Shown piece after piece: positions 19,152 through 30,105 of a stretch of DNA of 64,000 nt (position 1 is its first letter; each line of letters opens with the position of its first letter). The position numbers were made by a program, and so were the translations under genes. The stretch is from Sedimentisphaerales bacterium (GTDB lineage Bacteria > Planctomycetota > Phycisphaerae > Sedimentisphaerales > Anaerobacaceae). The stretch covers positions 3,040,001-3,104,000 of the forward strand of contig OY970194.1 in assembly GCA_963708075.1 (NCBI GenBank). The letters run 5' to 3'. Below the pieces are notes generated by a model. It made no database searches. It was not told where the DNA came from and worked only from the letters and a program-made list of their open reading frames with translations.

Positions 19152-20685
19152 GTGTGCGACTACATTTCGTGGGGTCAGGCGGGTATCTTGCGTTGGATGT
19201 CCCAGTAGTTATGCCATAGATGGCTGGAACGCACTGACGCCAGGGCCATCATGGCCTCAGCATTGGGTTTGTCCCAGCGCATCCCTGGGCCTTTGAGCCG
19301 GACCGTCAACGTCTTGCAGAAGGCCTCTGTCGGGCCCGAGCCGATCTCATAGCCGGCCGCTTTGAATTGTGGATACTGCGTCATCTCCTGGCGGACATCA
19401 ATGAACTTGATCAACTGCTCCAGGGCTTTGCGTTTGTCGGCGGCTCGAAGCGTCTTACGCAGGGCTTGGATCTGCTCCAGGGCCTGCTCGGGGCCTTGCT
19501 CTAAGAAGCAGCCACAGATCTGCTCACGCCAATGCTGGCTTTGCACACTGCCTTGGCCATAGACGCTTTGACTGGCCTTGATCACGTTGTCCCGCAGGTG
19601 ATAGTAATCCAGGATGTTGGCCTTGAGCATCGGCAATTGGAGGTGGTATTGCTTGCGAATCCACTCGGCCCCGTCGCTCACCGAGTAGGCCAGAGCGGCT
19701 TGATCCAGCTTGAGTTGGCCGGCGTGCTGACGCATCAACTGGCCCAGCGTCTGGGCATTGCCGCTGGTGCCGATGGCATATTGGTGCTGTTTCGAGGGAT
19801 CGTAGAACGCCACGATCTTGAACTCCTTGTACGGCAGATCACTGCCGGGATGCATCGGCCGACGCTTGGGCTGGCCCTTACGGCGACGGGCCCGTCGCTT
19901 GCGGCGTTTCTCTTTCTCCACCTGGGTGACCAAGGGCACCTTAACCCCATCGGCTCCGGTGATGATGCAGGTGGATTTGTTCGGTCCGGACCGGCAGTCC
20001 TCGGCCGCCCAGTCGGGGCCCAGAGCCCCCGAACGCTGCTGCGTCAGGACTTGCCGGCCCTCACCCTCGACAAGGCCGCGGACCGTCTCATGGCTGATGT
20101 GCAATTGACCGACGTAGGCCAGATTCTCGGCGGCGGTGCGAAAGTCACTGCCGACCGCCGCCCGGCAGCATAACTGGCGAACCCCCACGCTGTAGCGACT
20201 GTGGCTCATGCCCAGCCATTGATCCACCGGGGTGATGGAGCCCTTGCCGCGATTCCAATAGACCCGGCGGCGGATCTGAACAGGACCATTGACCGTCAGA
20301 TACTCAATCGAACGGCAGCCTTTACTCTCATACCTGGGGCCGTCGTCGCTGGGCACCGGGGGAAAAAGCCGCCTCACTGTGCTGCTGGCGTAATTGAAGG
20401 GCTCTCTCATAGAGACGCTGGCGAAACAACGCACTGGCCTGGCGAACGAGTTCTTCGCTATCGGCAATGATGCGTCCGGCCTGGGCCTGATTGACGGCCT
20501 TGACCACGTCCTCGATCAAGGTATCGACCTCTCCCCTCATCGCCTTTTTCAACTGTGAGGCAGTGAGCTTCTCGTGCATGAGTACTTCCTTGCTGTATGA
20601 CTGAATGACTGAATAATTCCATTCTCATCATACGCTGTCCAACTGCCCACAGGCCATACGATCCCCACGAAAATTAGTCGCACAC
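19152..20685 (-). mobile_element. Complete insertion sequence, ISKra4/Mutator-like (p-MULT) type, 1534 bp
   Basis: TIRs GTGTGCGACTACATTTCGTGGGG / GTGTGCGACTAATTTTCGTGGGG (21/23 match); 8-bp direct repeat GCACGGTG at 19144-19151 and 20686-20693. Confidence 0.9.
19175..20579 (-). CDS. ISKra4/UPF0236-like DDE transposase, two ORFs joined by a +1 frameshift at TTTTTCCCCC (20358-20367)
   Basis: GADG, SDGAEWI, LDYYH, IGSGPTEAFCK..RLKGPGMRW; orfA reads EAAFSP while orfB reads LFPP at the same site. Confidence 0.85.
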
Positions 20686-20715
20686 GCACGGTGCGTCTTG
20701 GGCCTTAGCAGGCCA

Positions 20716-22465
20716 TCAGCGCACGCGTGAGACGATCTTTGTGACACGGACGTCCTTGATCCAGAAGTCGCCGGAGGTTTCGTTCTGGCAGGCGAAATTC
20801 CAGCCCCATTTATTGACGAAATGGGCGTTGTCAAGGGTGTAGGTTTTCTGATGCCACCCCGGACCCGCCGGAATGGTCCACCACTGCCCGAAATTGACGT
20901 AACCGGCGGTGGATTCATAGGTGAGGTTCATGCCGGTGTTCACCGCGGGATCGACCCGGCGGGCCGTGATCGTGATTTGCAGCTTGTGGTCACCATAGCC
21001 GACATAGGCATCATCCACATCGAAGACCACGCTGCGAAATTCCGACTTTGTTCGCGCAGGCGTCCGGATCGCCCATTCTCCGTCAACTTGTCCGGGTATG
21101 ACCCGGCCAAAGGCATTGAGTTGACACAAACCCTTTTCAACAGGCGTGACGTCGAAAACCACAGTGGCGGCGCCCGAGCCGCTGTAGGTCGACCAGGGAA
21201 ATTCCTGGGAAAGGTGATCGGCGGCATCTGCCGGCAGGGCCGGAGATAGTCCGGTGATGAATTGGGGCGTCCCGGTGAGTGTGACCTCCTGGCCGGCAGG
21301 GATAGACCGACTGGATCCATTCAACTCCGTAAGGGTGACGTCAAAGGGAAGGCTCAGCCGATCGCTGCTCCTGGCCCAGATGACCAGCACCGGCTGCGCC
21401 GGGCCATTGAAGATGAAACCGTAGCTTTGGTCTGTCAGACTCAACCATCCCCCATATACAGGATGGCCTCCCAGCAAGCTAGTCATTGTATCCAGGGCAT
21501 GGTACGACGGCCGCTTGCTCCAATCGCGGCGAAAGAGAACCAAAATTGCCGTCCGGGTAGTCAGGACCTTTCCCCTCGAACCAGAAAACCTTGTCGATCC
21601 CCTGGGCAAAACCCAAGGTATAGAGCTTCACCAGGGACTCTGCCTGCAATTGCTCGTCCGAGGCATCGCCCGGTCTCGCCGGATCGCCGCATTCCGTGAT
21701 CCAGATTTCCTTGTCCATCGGCAGATGATGAGCCCTGAGCATCTCCAACACCATCTTGCGGATATTGAGGAACGCCATCACACGTCCGTCCTGCACCAGC
21801 GTGCTGAAGGACTCGTAAGGATGAATGCAGATAAAATCAAAACAGTCGCCCGCCCCGCCGGCAATTACCTCCTCAAAGAAGGCGATATCCACGCTGGCGC
21901 AACTGATCCCCACCCGGCAGTTCGGATCGGCCTGCTTGGCCGCATGATAGGCATGCTGCAGGAGCTGAACGTAATCGGCGGCTTTCCCGCCCTTGCCGAA
22001 TGCACCGTTGAATTCGTTCCAGCATTCCCAATACTTCACTACCCCACGGTAACGTGACACCATGGTACGGACGTAGTCGGACCAGTCATTCATGTCCGTT
22101 ATAGGAAACCGTCCATTGGTGGAGGCCCAGTTTGTCAGATACCACAGACCTCCGACCAACTCAATCTGGTTGTCCGTGGCGCTTTGCAGCAAGGCATCAC
22201 ACTCACGCCAATTCCATTGGGCTCGCCCCGGTTGGATTCGCCCCCATTCAGGCCAGGCCCGCATGAGGGTGACCCCGGCCTGTTTCAGCTCCGGATACAG
22301 GGCCGCATGCTCGCCCCGCGATTCCGCACTGGTGGCCATGCCGAAGGCCGTCCCCCCTCTACTCTCTTCGGCCGACACGCCCTGAGGCAGCGCAAGGAGA
22401 GACACGAGCAACCAACAGGTCATAGCGAGCACCTGGCGAATGAATGGTGGATCTGGCAGCATCAT
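20716..22465 (-). CDS. Secreted clan GH-A glycoside hydrolase (GH39/GH5/GH10-like; frameshift ~21520)
   Basis: Signal peptide, WECWNEFN acid/base motif, FDFICIHPY, IWITECG nucleophile motif; C-terminal beta domains in the adjacent frame. Confidence 0.7.
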
Positions 22466-22694
22466 ATATAGATATGGTACCAGCGAGAGCGTAAGGGTTC
22501 AAGAATCCAGCTCGGAGGCAGAAAATGCCGGTTGGGCGGGCCGAGATCGCGACGGGCGGGAAAGACCGGTAAGATGCTGTGAGGATAGTCTGTGAGTGAG
22601 CGGGGTTTTCTCTTGACTCCCGCAATGGCATAGGCGATAATATGGCTAAATTGGCTGTTTTGGGAGATGCCCTTATTATCCGAGGAGTTTGCTG

Positions 22695-24296
22695 ATGCCG
22701 CCGACCAAAAGACGTCAAAGCAATGACATGCTTTACACCTTGATCGTTCTTATCGGTCTTTGCATTGTCGCGACGACCGTTGCGGTCATTTTCTACATCC
22801 GGGCGGAGGACGCCCGAACGACGGGCCTGGCGCTCCAGGATAAGATCAAGAACCTGGCCAGTGACGAGGAGATCCGCACGCTCGGGACCATCGTCGGGAC
22901 GAAATTGCCCCGCGAGAGCCAGATCGGGACCATGGCCACGCACCTGGAACGAATGGTCCGGCTTGTCAAAGGCCCGGCCCAGCCCACCAGTGCGGAAGTC
23001 AAGGTTGCCGAGACGATCAGGACGATTCAGCCGCTGCTGGCCAAGGCCCAGGACTACATCAGGCTGCCTGTGACCGAGCCTAATACGGCGGATGCAAATG
23101 CTGTCGCGACTGCCGCCGATCCGAATGCGCCCAAGCCCCCTGCCCCCGATCCGAATGCTCCTGCGACCGCCGCAGCGGACCCCAACGCTCCGGCAGCCGT
23201 AGCGGCAGGTGCTGACGCCTCCACGGGCGCGGTCATCGATCCGAACCGAATCGCCCTCGCAGCGGTCATCAACGAGCTGCTCGTGGAATTGCAGCATACC
23301 CTCGATCAGAAGAAGGCCGTCGAACAGGTGTTGGCGGATACACAGAATCGATTCGACATGGCCGTGGCGGACATGCAGAAGACAAAGGAGGATCTCAACG
23401 CCAAGGTGGGCGAGTATCGCCAGCAGGTCGATCAGATCAATGCCGATTACAACGACTTGAAGCTGCTCGTGCAGCGGAACTCGGATGAGCAGATCAAGAT
23501 CCTGCTGGACCGGGTGGAGAAGTCAGAAACCAGTGCCAAGCAACTCCAGGCGGACCTGCTCAAGAACCAGGCCGAGCTGAACGTAGCCCAGAACCGGCTG
23601 CAGGAAGCTCTGACCGCGGTCGGCAAGATCAAGCCGGTACCGGACCAGGAGGCGGCCGCCTTCAGACCCGATGGCAAGGTCATTCTGGTGGACGACTCCG
23701 CCGGCGTGATTCGCATCAATCTGGGGGCTGACGACCGGGTGTACCGCGGCCTGACGTTCTCCGTGTACGACAAAGCCGCCGGTATCCCGCGGGACGGCAA
23801 GCCCAAGGCGGAAGTGGAAGTCTTCGCCGTCGATCAGAAAGTTTGTGCCGCCAGGATCCTTTCGGGACAGGCGAAGAACCCGGTGAGCACCGGCGATCTC
23901 ATCGCCAATTTGATCTGGGACAGCGACAGGGAAAACAGCTTCGTGATCGCCGGCGAATTTGACCTGGATAACGACGGCAAGCAGGACTATGACGCGCCCG
24001 GCAAGATCGAGGCCCTCATCCGCAAATGGGGCGGCAACGTCACCCAGGACGTGTCGGCCAGAACCGACTACATCATTCTCGGCACCGAGCCCCGAGTCCC
24101 GCCGGAGCCGACCCTCGAAACCCAGACAGCCGATCCGACGCTCGTGGATAAGTACAACGCCGCCCGCCAGAGACTCGAACGCTATGATCAGATTCGTCAG
24201 CAGGCACAGACACTCTGGGTTCCCATTTTCACCTACGAGAGGTTCCTCCACTTCACCGGCTACGCCAGCCAGGCCGGCAAACCGGGGGCCTTTTGA
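22695..24296 (+). CDS. Membrane-anchored coiled-coil hypothetical protein with C-terminal BRCT-like domain
   Basis: N-terminal TM, ADPNA low-complexity repeats, long coiled coil, PDGKVI..INLG..G.TF.V, LIRKWGGNVTQDVSARTDYIILG. Confidence 0.65.
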   Translation: MPPTKRRQSNDMLYTLIVLIGLCIVATTVAVIFYIRAEDARTTGLALQDKIKNLASDEEIRTLGTIVGTKLPRESQIGTMATHLERMVRLVKGPAQPTSAEVKVAETIRTIQPLLAKAQDYIRLPVTEPNTADANAVATAADPNAPKPPAPDPNAPATAAADPNAPAAVAAGADASTGAVIDPNRIALAAVINELLVELQHTLDQKKAVEQVLADTQNRFDMAVADMQKTKEDLNAKVGEYRQQVDQINADYNDLKLLVQRNSDEQIKILLDRVEKSETSAKQLQADLLKNQAELNVAQNRLQEALTAVGKIKPVPDQEAAAFRPDGKVILVDDSAGVIRINLGADDRVYRGLTFSVYDKAAGIPRDGKPKAEVEVFAVDQKVCAARILSGQAKNPVSTGDLIANLIWDSDRENSFVIAGEFDLDNDGKQDYDAPGKIEALIRKWGGNVTQDVSARTDYIILGTEPRVPPEPTLETQTADPTLVDKYNAARQRLERYDQIRQQAQTLWVPIFTYERFLHFTGYASQAGKPGAF

Positions 24297-24334
24297 GAGC
24301 CTCTAAGAGCTCCGAATAGGATGAGTTTCCCTAT

Positions 24335-24405
24335 GTCACCCCCGCGCAGGCGGGGGTCCATGAACGCGCGATGACCCTCTGGATTCCCGCCTGCGCGGGA
24401 ATGAC
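24335..24405. repeat. REP-like inverted doublet (GTCA..CCCGCGCAGGCGGG..TCCA family)
   Basis: GTCACCCCCGCGCAGGCGGGGGTCCA ... TGGATTCCCGCCTGCGCGGGAATGAC; between convergent genes. Confidence 0.8.
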
Positions 24406-24485
24406 ATGCGGGTGATAGGCACCTATGCTCTCGTTATGAAGGCTCAACGGAGACGGCGGATCAGAGCTCTTAAGCCTCCAAGTGC

Positions 24486-25187
24486 TCAGACCATTCCCGG
24501 AGGTTCGACACCAATGGAGGCGATGTACAGCTCGCCGATATAGTTGGCCGCGTTGGGGGAGGCAGTGAAACCCTTCTTGACGGCGACAAAGGTCACCGTA
24601 TAAGCCGCTTTGATCGCGGTTCCGAGCACCTGGCCGGTATCGCAATCGAGGCCGGAGGGAATGTCCACAGCCAGCACGGGCCGGCCCAAAGCATTGATGG
24701 AATCGATGAGCGAGCGATAGGGCTCGCGTAACTCGCCCTGCAGGCCCGTGCCAAACAGGGCGTCCACAATCATGTCCGCATCGCCGGCCAGAAGACGAAT
24801 CCGTGAGGCGAGGCCGCCGGCTGTCATGTCCAGTTGCTCGACGGGTTGGCCCAGTCGCTCCAGGATGTCGAGGTTGACTTCCGCATCGCCACGGATTTTC
24901 GTTCGCTCGCTGCAGAGGATGACCTTCACGTGGAAGCCCGCGTTGAGCAGGTGCCGGGCGATCACGTACCCATCGCCGCCGTTGTTGCCCGCGCCGCAGA
25001 AGAGGCAGATCCTGGGATGGTCCAGCCCGGCGAGCTTATCCTTGATAAGCTCCGCACAGCTTCGACCGGCGTTCTCCATAAGCACGACGCCGGGCACGCC
25101 GATCTGGCTGATTGCCCAGGCATCGACCGCGCGGACCTCGTCGCGGCTCATGACCCGATACTTCTTGTCCGGCGTGTATCTCTCCAT
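24486..25187 (-). CDS. nnrE: NAD(P)H-hydrate epimerase (YjeF N-terminal)
   Basis: LMENAG, CGAGNNGGDG, IVDALFGTG, AVDIPSG. Confidence 0.9.
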   Translation of the reverse strand: MERYTPDKKYRVMSRDEVRAVDAWAISQIGVPGVVLMENAGRSCAELIKDKLAGLDHPRICLFCGAGNNGGDGYVIARHLLNAGFHVKVILCSERTKIRGDAEVNLDILERLGQPVEQLDMTAGGLASRIRLLAGDADMIVDALFGTGLQGELREPYRSLIDSINALGRPVLAVDIPSGLDCDTGQVLGTAIKAAYTVTFVAVKKGFTASPNAANYIGELYIASIGVEPPGMV

Positions 25188-25271
25188 GGAATTCTTATAC
25201 AGGCTCGGCGGTCCGCCCGTCAAGGTCGCGTAATCTTCATACCAGGGCAAACACAAAATCGCGCAAGAGAT

Positions 25272-25365
25272 GGGTGGCAGCGGCAAGCGGAGCCCGCGGA
25301 GCTTGCCGATGGTGTTTCCCAGTACTTGGCAGCCATCGGCGAGCGTGCACTTGCCGCTGCCACCC
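25272..25365. repeat. Nested inverted-repeat element (REPIN-like), copy 1
   Basis: GGGTGGCAGCGGCAAG ... CTTGCCGCTGCCACCC (16-bp perfect IR) with inner GCTTGCCGATGG/CCATCGGCGAGC; second copy at 50563-50656. Confidence 0.75.
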
Positions 25366-25379
25366 GGGCTTGCTACAAT
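25351..25379 (+). promoter_or_regulatory. Candidate sigma70 promoter of the surE operon
   Basis: TTGCCG-N17-TACAAT with extended TG. Confidence 0.5.
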
Positions 25380-25476
25380 ACCCGGCATGCGTGGCGCCGA
25401 ATGCTATCGTGGGCGGCACTGTGAACGATGCGGGACTCCATGCCCGGCAACACTGATGGGATGATACTTCAGTCTT

Positions 25477-26232
25477 ATGCGAATACTTCTGACGAACGAT
25501 GATGGGATTTTTGCGCCGGGCCTTGCCGCCATCTACCGACGGCTGGTCGCGATCGGCGAGGTGATGGTGGTGGCGCCCGTGGACAGTTGGTCCGGGGCCA
25601 GCCACTGTATCACGTTTTTTGAGCCGCTGGCCTGCAACAAAGTGGATATCGAGGGCCTCTTTAGCGGCGGCTTCGGCGTCAAGGGCTCGCCGGCGGATTG
25701 CGTAAAACTCGCCTGCATGCAACTCCACGAGGGCCCGATCGACCTGGTCGTGGCAGGCGTCAACCACGGCGCCAACGTGGGCATCAACGTGTACTATTCC
25801 GGGACTGTGGCGGCGGCGATGGAGGCGGCGTTCCTGCGCATTCCCTCCGTGGCCATCAGCGTCGCCTCGGAGTCGCACATGGACTTCGACAAGGCCGCGG
25901 AATACGGATTTGAAGTACTCAAGAGGCTGCTTCCCCTGCACAGCGGCGATGTGATCAACATCAACATCCCCATGCTGTCACGAGGCGAGCCCCGGGGCAT
26001 CCGCGTCGTGCCACAGGCGACCTCCGGATTCCACGAGTACTACATCCCTCAGGGCAACGGCGGGAGCGAAACGGTCTTTCAGCTCGCCGGCGGCGACCAT
26101 CGCGATGAGAAGGCCCCCGCCGACACGACGGCCCTGGCGGAAGGGTACATCACCGTGACCCCCCTGCTGCCCGACATGACCGACCACCAGAAGACGGACG
26201 CCCTGCGGGCCCGACTCAACGAACAATTGTGA
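25477..26232 (+). CDS. surE: 5'/3'-nucleotidase SurE
   Basis: MRILLTNDDG, GSPADCV, GVNHGANVG, YSGTVAAA. Confidence 0.95.
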   Translation: MRILLTNDDGIFAPGLAAIYRRLVAIGEVMVVAPVDSWSGASHCITFFEPLACNKVDIEGLFSGGFGVKGSPADCVKLACMQLHEGPIDLVVAGVNHGANVGINVYYSGTVAAAMEAAFLRIPSVAISVASESHMDFDKAAEYGFEVLKRLLPLHSGDVININIPMLSRGEPRGIRVVPQATSGFHEYYIPQGNGGSETVFQLAGGDHRDEKAPADTTALAEGYITVTPLLPDMTDHQKTDALRARLNEQL

Positions 26233-26320
26233 AAAGAAATGGAGCTCTGTAAGATGGATGTCGGGTTGTCGGTGTGCGATGCACACCTTCCCTTGCTCCA
26301 AGAAAAACTTTGAGGAACCC

Positions 26321-26611
26321 ATGGCGGAACCAAGAGCAAGCCAGATTTGTATTGTCACCGTCACCGGCGCGGACCGGGTGGGTATCATCGCGCGGCTGTC
26401 CACCGCGATGGCCAAAGCCAACATCAACATCGTGGACGTGAACCAGAAAATCCTGGAGGATTGTTTCGTGATGACGATGGCGGTCGATATCGCCCAAGCG
26501 ACTCTGGACATCGGCCAGATCAAAAAACAGTTTGATCGCATCGGAAAGGAGATGGCCCTCAAGATCACCATCCAGGACGAGAACATTTTCAAGGCTATGC
26601 ACAGGGTCTGA
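26321..26611 (+). CDS. ACT domain protein (UPF0237-like)
   Basis: IVTVTGADRVGIIA..NINIVDVNQ..IQDENIFKAMHR. Confidence 0.85.
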   Translation: MAEPRASQICIVTVTGADRVGIIARLSTAMAKANINIVDVNQKILEDCFVMTMAVDIAQATLDIGQIKKQFDRIGKEMALKITIQDENIFKAMHRV

Positions 26612-26614
26612 TTC

Positions 26615-27976
26615 ATGCGGATTTCCGTGGAAGAAGTCTTCGAAACCGTCGGGATGACGCTGGATCATCACTTCGATATCCGCACCGTCACCCTGGGCAT
26701 CAATCTGAAGGACTGCATCGACCGGGACCTGGAGTGGTTCACCAAGCAGGTCCAGGCCCGGATCGTCGAGAAGGGCCAGTTGCTCAATCACTGTGCCGAC
26801 GCGCTCGAGCAGAAGTACGGCATTCCCATCACAAACCGTCGGATCGCCGTCACGCCGGTGTCACTGCTTCTGGAGCCGCTGCCCCACAAGACGATCACGG
26901 CCGTCAAGTTCGCCAAGGCACTCGACTGCGCCGCGAAAAAGGCGAGCATCGATTTCCTCGGCGGCTTCGGCGCCATGGTCCAGAAAGGCATGACGGCGGC
27001 CGAGGAGAACCTCATCGACGCGATTCCCGAGGCCCTCTCTGAGACGGAGCGAGTGTGCGGCTTCCTGAACCTCGCCTCCACGGCCGCGGGGATCAACATG
27101 AACGCCGTGGTCAAGATCGGCCACATCATCCAGGATCTCGCCCATCGGTCGCCCAACGGGATCGGCTGCGCCAAGCTGGCCGTCTTCGCCAATGTCCCCG
27201 AGGACAGTCCATTCATGGCCGGCGCTCACCACGGTATCGGCGAGCCTGACTTCTCCCTGAATATCGGCATCTCCGGCCCAGGCGTCGTTCGCAGCGTCGT
27301 GGCCCAGAACCCCGACTGCGACCTGACGCAGCTCTCCGAGGTCATCAAGCGGACCGTGTTCAAGATCACCCGGGCGGGCGAGCTGATCGGCCGGGAGCTG
27401 GCGGCGACCATGAAGGTCGACTTCGGCATCGTCGACATCTCCCTGGCCCCGACGACTTCCACCGGCGACTCCGTAGCCGAGATCATCGAGGCGATGGGCG
27501 TCGGCCGGATGGGAGCGCCGGGCACGACCGCCGCACTGGCCCTGCTGATTGATGCAGTCAAAAAGGGCGGCGCCATGGCCTCCGGAAACGTCGGCGGCCT
27601 GTCAGGCACCTTTATCCCCGTCAGCGAGGACGCAGGCATGATCCGGGCCGTCAGGTCCGGGGCCCTGAGCCTGGACAAGCTCGAAGCCCTTACCAGCGTC
27701 TGCTCGGTAGGGCTGGACATGTTCGCCGTGCCGGGCGATACCCCGCCCGAAACCATCTCCTCCATCATCGCCGACGAATTGTCCATCGGGGTGGTGAACA
27801 ATAAGACCACGAGCGTCCGCATCGTCCCTGTCCCGGGGGCCAAACCCGGCAATATCGTGCATTTTGGCGGCCTTCTGGGCTCAGCCCCGGTGATGAAAGT
27901 GGCCAAGTTCTCCTCCGCCAGGTTCATCGAGCGGCGGGGCCGCGTGCCCAGTCCAATCCTCGCCCTGCGAAATTAG
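26615..27976 (+). CDS. PFL family protein (DUF711/UPF0210)
   Basis: FDIRTVTLGI, PFMAGAHHG, GGLSGTFIPVSED, SVCSVGLDM; follows the ACT gene as usual. Confidence 0.9.
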   Translation: MRISVEEVFETVGMTLDHHFDIRTVTLGINLKDCIDRDLEWFTKQVQARIVEKGQLLNHCADALEQKYGIPITNRRIAVTPVSLLLEPLPHKTITAVKFAKALDCAAKKASIDFLGGFGAMVQKGMTAAEENLIDAIPEALSETERVCGFLNLASTAAGINMNAVVKIGHIIQDLAHRSPNGIGCAKLAVFANVPEDSPFMAGAHHGIGEPDFSLNIGISGPGVVRSVVAQNPDCDLTQLSEVIKRTVFKITRAGELIGRELAATMKVDFGIVDISLAPTTSTGDSVAEIIEAMGVGRMGAPGTTAALALLIDAVKKGGAMASGNVGGLSGTFIPVSEDAGMIRAVRSGALSLDKLEALTSVCSVGLDMFAVPGDTPPETISSIIADELSIGVVNNKTTSVRIVPVPGAKPGNIVHFGGLLGSAPVMKVAKFSSARFIERRGRVPSPILALRN

Positions 27977-28249
27977 CAGGCGCCATGCTTACGCAAGCAT
28001 ATTCGGCACCGGATCAGGCATGTCTCCGCAAGTGCAGATATGGCGCCTGGCAAGGCAGCCACCCGGAAACACATCGGTGGAACCCCCGCCGGAATCGGCA
28101 TTGCCCGCAATTGTCCCCCGCCAATTACTTAGTTTCACAAATTTCTTTTGACAGATTCTTATCGGATGATGTATATTCGTGGTGTGAGGTAAGGTGTCTC
28201 CTCCGGAACAACCTTCTCCAGCCTGAACGACCGGAAAGGGAGAATAGAG

Positions 28250-29027
28250 ATGGCAAGGAGAGGACTGACGCTCATTGAGCTGCTGGTGGTGGTGGGTGCA
28301 ATCTCCCTGCTGCTGGCATTGTCACTTCCCGCCCTGATGCGAGCTCGCAATCAGGCCCAGACGGCGGTCTGCGCAAAATCAGAAGACCCTTTCGCTGGCT
28401 TGGCTGCTCTACAAAGATGACAACGACGACCGCGTGGTTGGCGGCTATGTGGACACCGCAGGCAAGCGCCTTCACGCCTGGGTCCAGGGGCGCACAGGGG
28501 TCGGCACGGCCATCGACCGCCAGAAGGAAGGCATTCGCCAGGGGACTCTGTTCCGCTATGTCGGCAGCAAAGTTGAAGTCTTCCGCTGCCCGGCCGACCA
28601 GAAGAAAGCTGATCCCGGCCAGGTCGTCTATCGAAGCTATTCCATTGCCGACGGCGCCAACGGCGAGGGCCGGCAGGCCACCTATACGCCCGCTCAGAAA
28701 TATTCTGAAATCTCCCAGCCCGCCATGAAATATGTATTCGTGGAGGAGGCCGATCCGAGAGGCAAGGGCTCATGGGTAATCAATCCCCTGGGTGAATCGT
28801 GGGTGGACCCTCTGGCAGTCTGGCACAGCGGAGATAGAAGCACGCTCGGCTTTGCCGACGGGCACGTGGATATCCACCACTGGGTGGACCCAAGCACGGT
28901 GGAGATGTCCGAGAACCAGGTGTTCTTCTGCCCCGTACCGCCGGACGAGGGCTCGGACCTGCGATTCATGATCGGCGGCTTTCCCCAGAAAGCCAAGGAT
29001 GCGCAGAAGAACGGCCAGGTCGGTTGA
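28250..29027 (+). CDS. Prepilin-type/H-X9-DG protein (frameshift ~28375)
   Basis: [12 protein letters not shown]-terminus; FRCPAD; WHSGDRSTLGFADGH in the next frame. Confidence 0.75.
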
Positions 29028-29218
29028 GTTGACGCCTGAAGCATTTTTCGACATCCCATCATCTCGCAGGAGATCCGCGGCGACGATTGTTGGGGAACAC
29101 TTATCATTATCCAGGCATCTTATCCATAATTCAGGCTGGATCCCACCCGGTGGATCGAGGCATGGGAAATAGCAGCCAATGCCAGTGTACGAATAGGGAA
29201 GGTGAAAGGACCGGAAAT

Positions 29219-30016
29219 ATGAAGTCCAGAGCTTTTACTCTGATCGAGTTGCTTGTCGTTATCGCGATCATCGCCCTGCTGATGGCCATCCTGATGCCGT
29301 CACTGCGCCTGGCGAAAGACCAGGCCCAGCGAGTCCACTGTATCAGCAATACGAAGACGCTGGCCCTCGCGTGGTTCATGTACAAGGACGAGAACGACGG
29401 CAAAATTGTAGGTGGCAGTTCGTTTCAGATTGATGACGAGGTGACCCGCAAGCCAATCCCCCCGTGGGTCCGTGGCGAGACGACAGGCACCTGGGAGCAG
29501 CAGAAAAAGGAGATCAGGGACGGCGCACTATTCACGTACACCGGCAAGTCTGAAGACATCTACCGATGCCCGGGCGACCGACGAAAGGAGAGTTCCTCAG
29601 GCACCCAGACTGCTTTCAGGACCTTTTCCATTGCCGGCGGGGCCAACGGCGAGAGATGGGGATCGTACGACCCGGTCAAGTTATATACGGATTTGAAGAA
29701 TCCTGCGATCCGATACATCTTCGTGGAGGAGATGGATACCCGCGGCGCCAACCTCGGCTCATGGCAGATGCACCCGAGGAAAAACGGCCCGACGTGGGTA
29801 GATCCGGTCGCCATGTGGCACAACAAGAAGAGCACCCTGGGCTTTGCCGATGGCCACGCTGAAATGCGTGAATGGCGAGACCAGAGCTTCATCGATTGGA
29901 ACCTCAGAGCCATGAATAGCCCGGCGTCATTCCAGTTCAGTATGACCCCTCCAAGCGATGAACGCGAGGACATTACGTACATGGCGAAAGGCTTCCCGTA
30001 CCTGCGGCTCAAGTAG
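29219..30016 (+). CDS. Prepilin-type/H-X9-DG protein, paralog of the upstream gene
   Basis: [37 protein letters not shown]. Confidence 0.9.
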   Translation: MKSRAFTLIELLVVIAIIALLMAILMPSLRLAKDQAQRVHCISNTKTLALAWFMYKDENDGKIVGGSSFQIDDEVTRKPIPPWVRGETTGTWEQQKKEIRDGALFTYTGKSEDIYRCPGDRRKESSSGTQTAFRTFSIAGGANGERWGSYDPVKLYTDLKNPAIRYIFVEEMDTRGANLGSWQMHPRKNGPTWVDPVAMWHNKKSTLGFADGHAEMREWRDQSFIDWNLRAMNSPASFQFSMTPPSDEREDITYMAKGFPYLRLK

Positions 30017-30105
30017 GCCCTTTCCTCTCACCCCTTCGAGCGTCTATAATGCCCGCGTGTGTAGTATGCAGACATTGGCGACTGTAATCTGCGCGAGGCA
30101 AAAGC

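Noticed and set aside
23075..23250. ADPNA repeats as a DNA repeat element
   Set aside because: In-frame low-complexity linker with synonymous variation; explained by the protein sequence.
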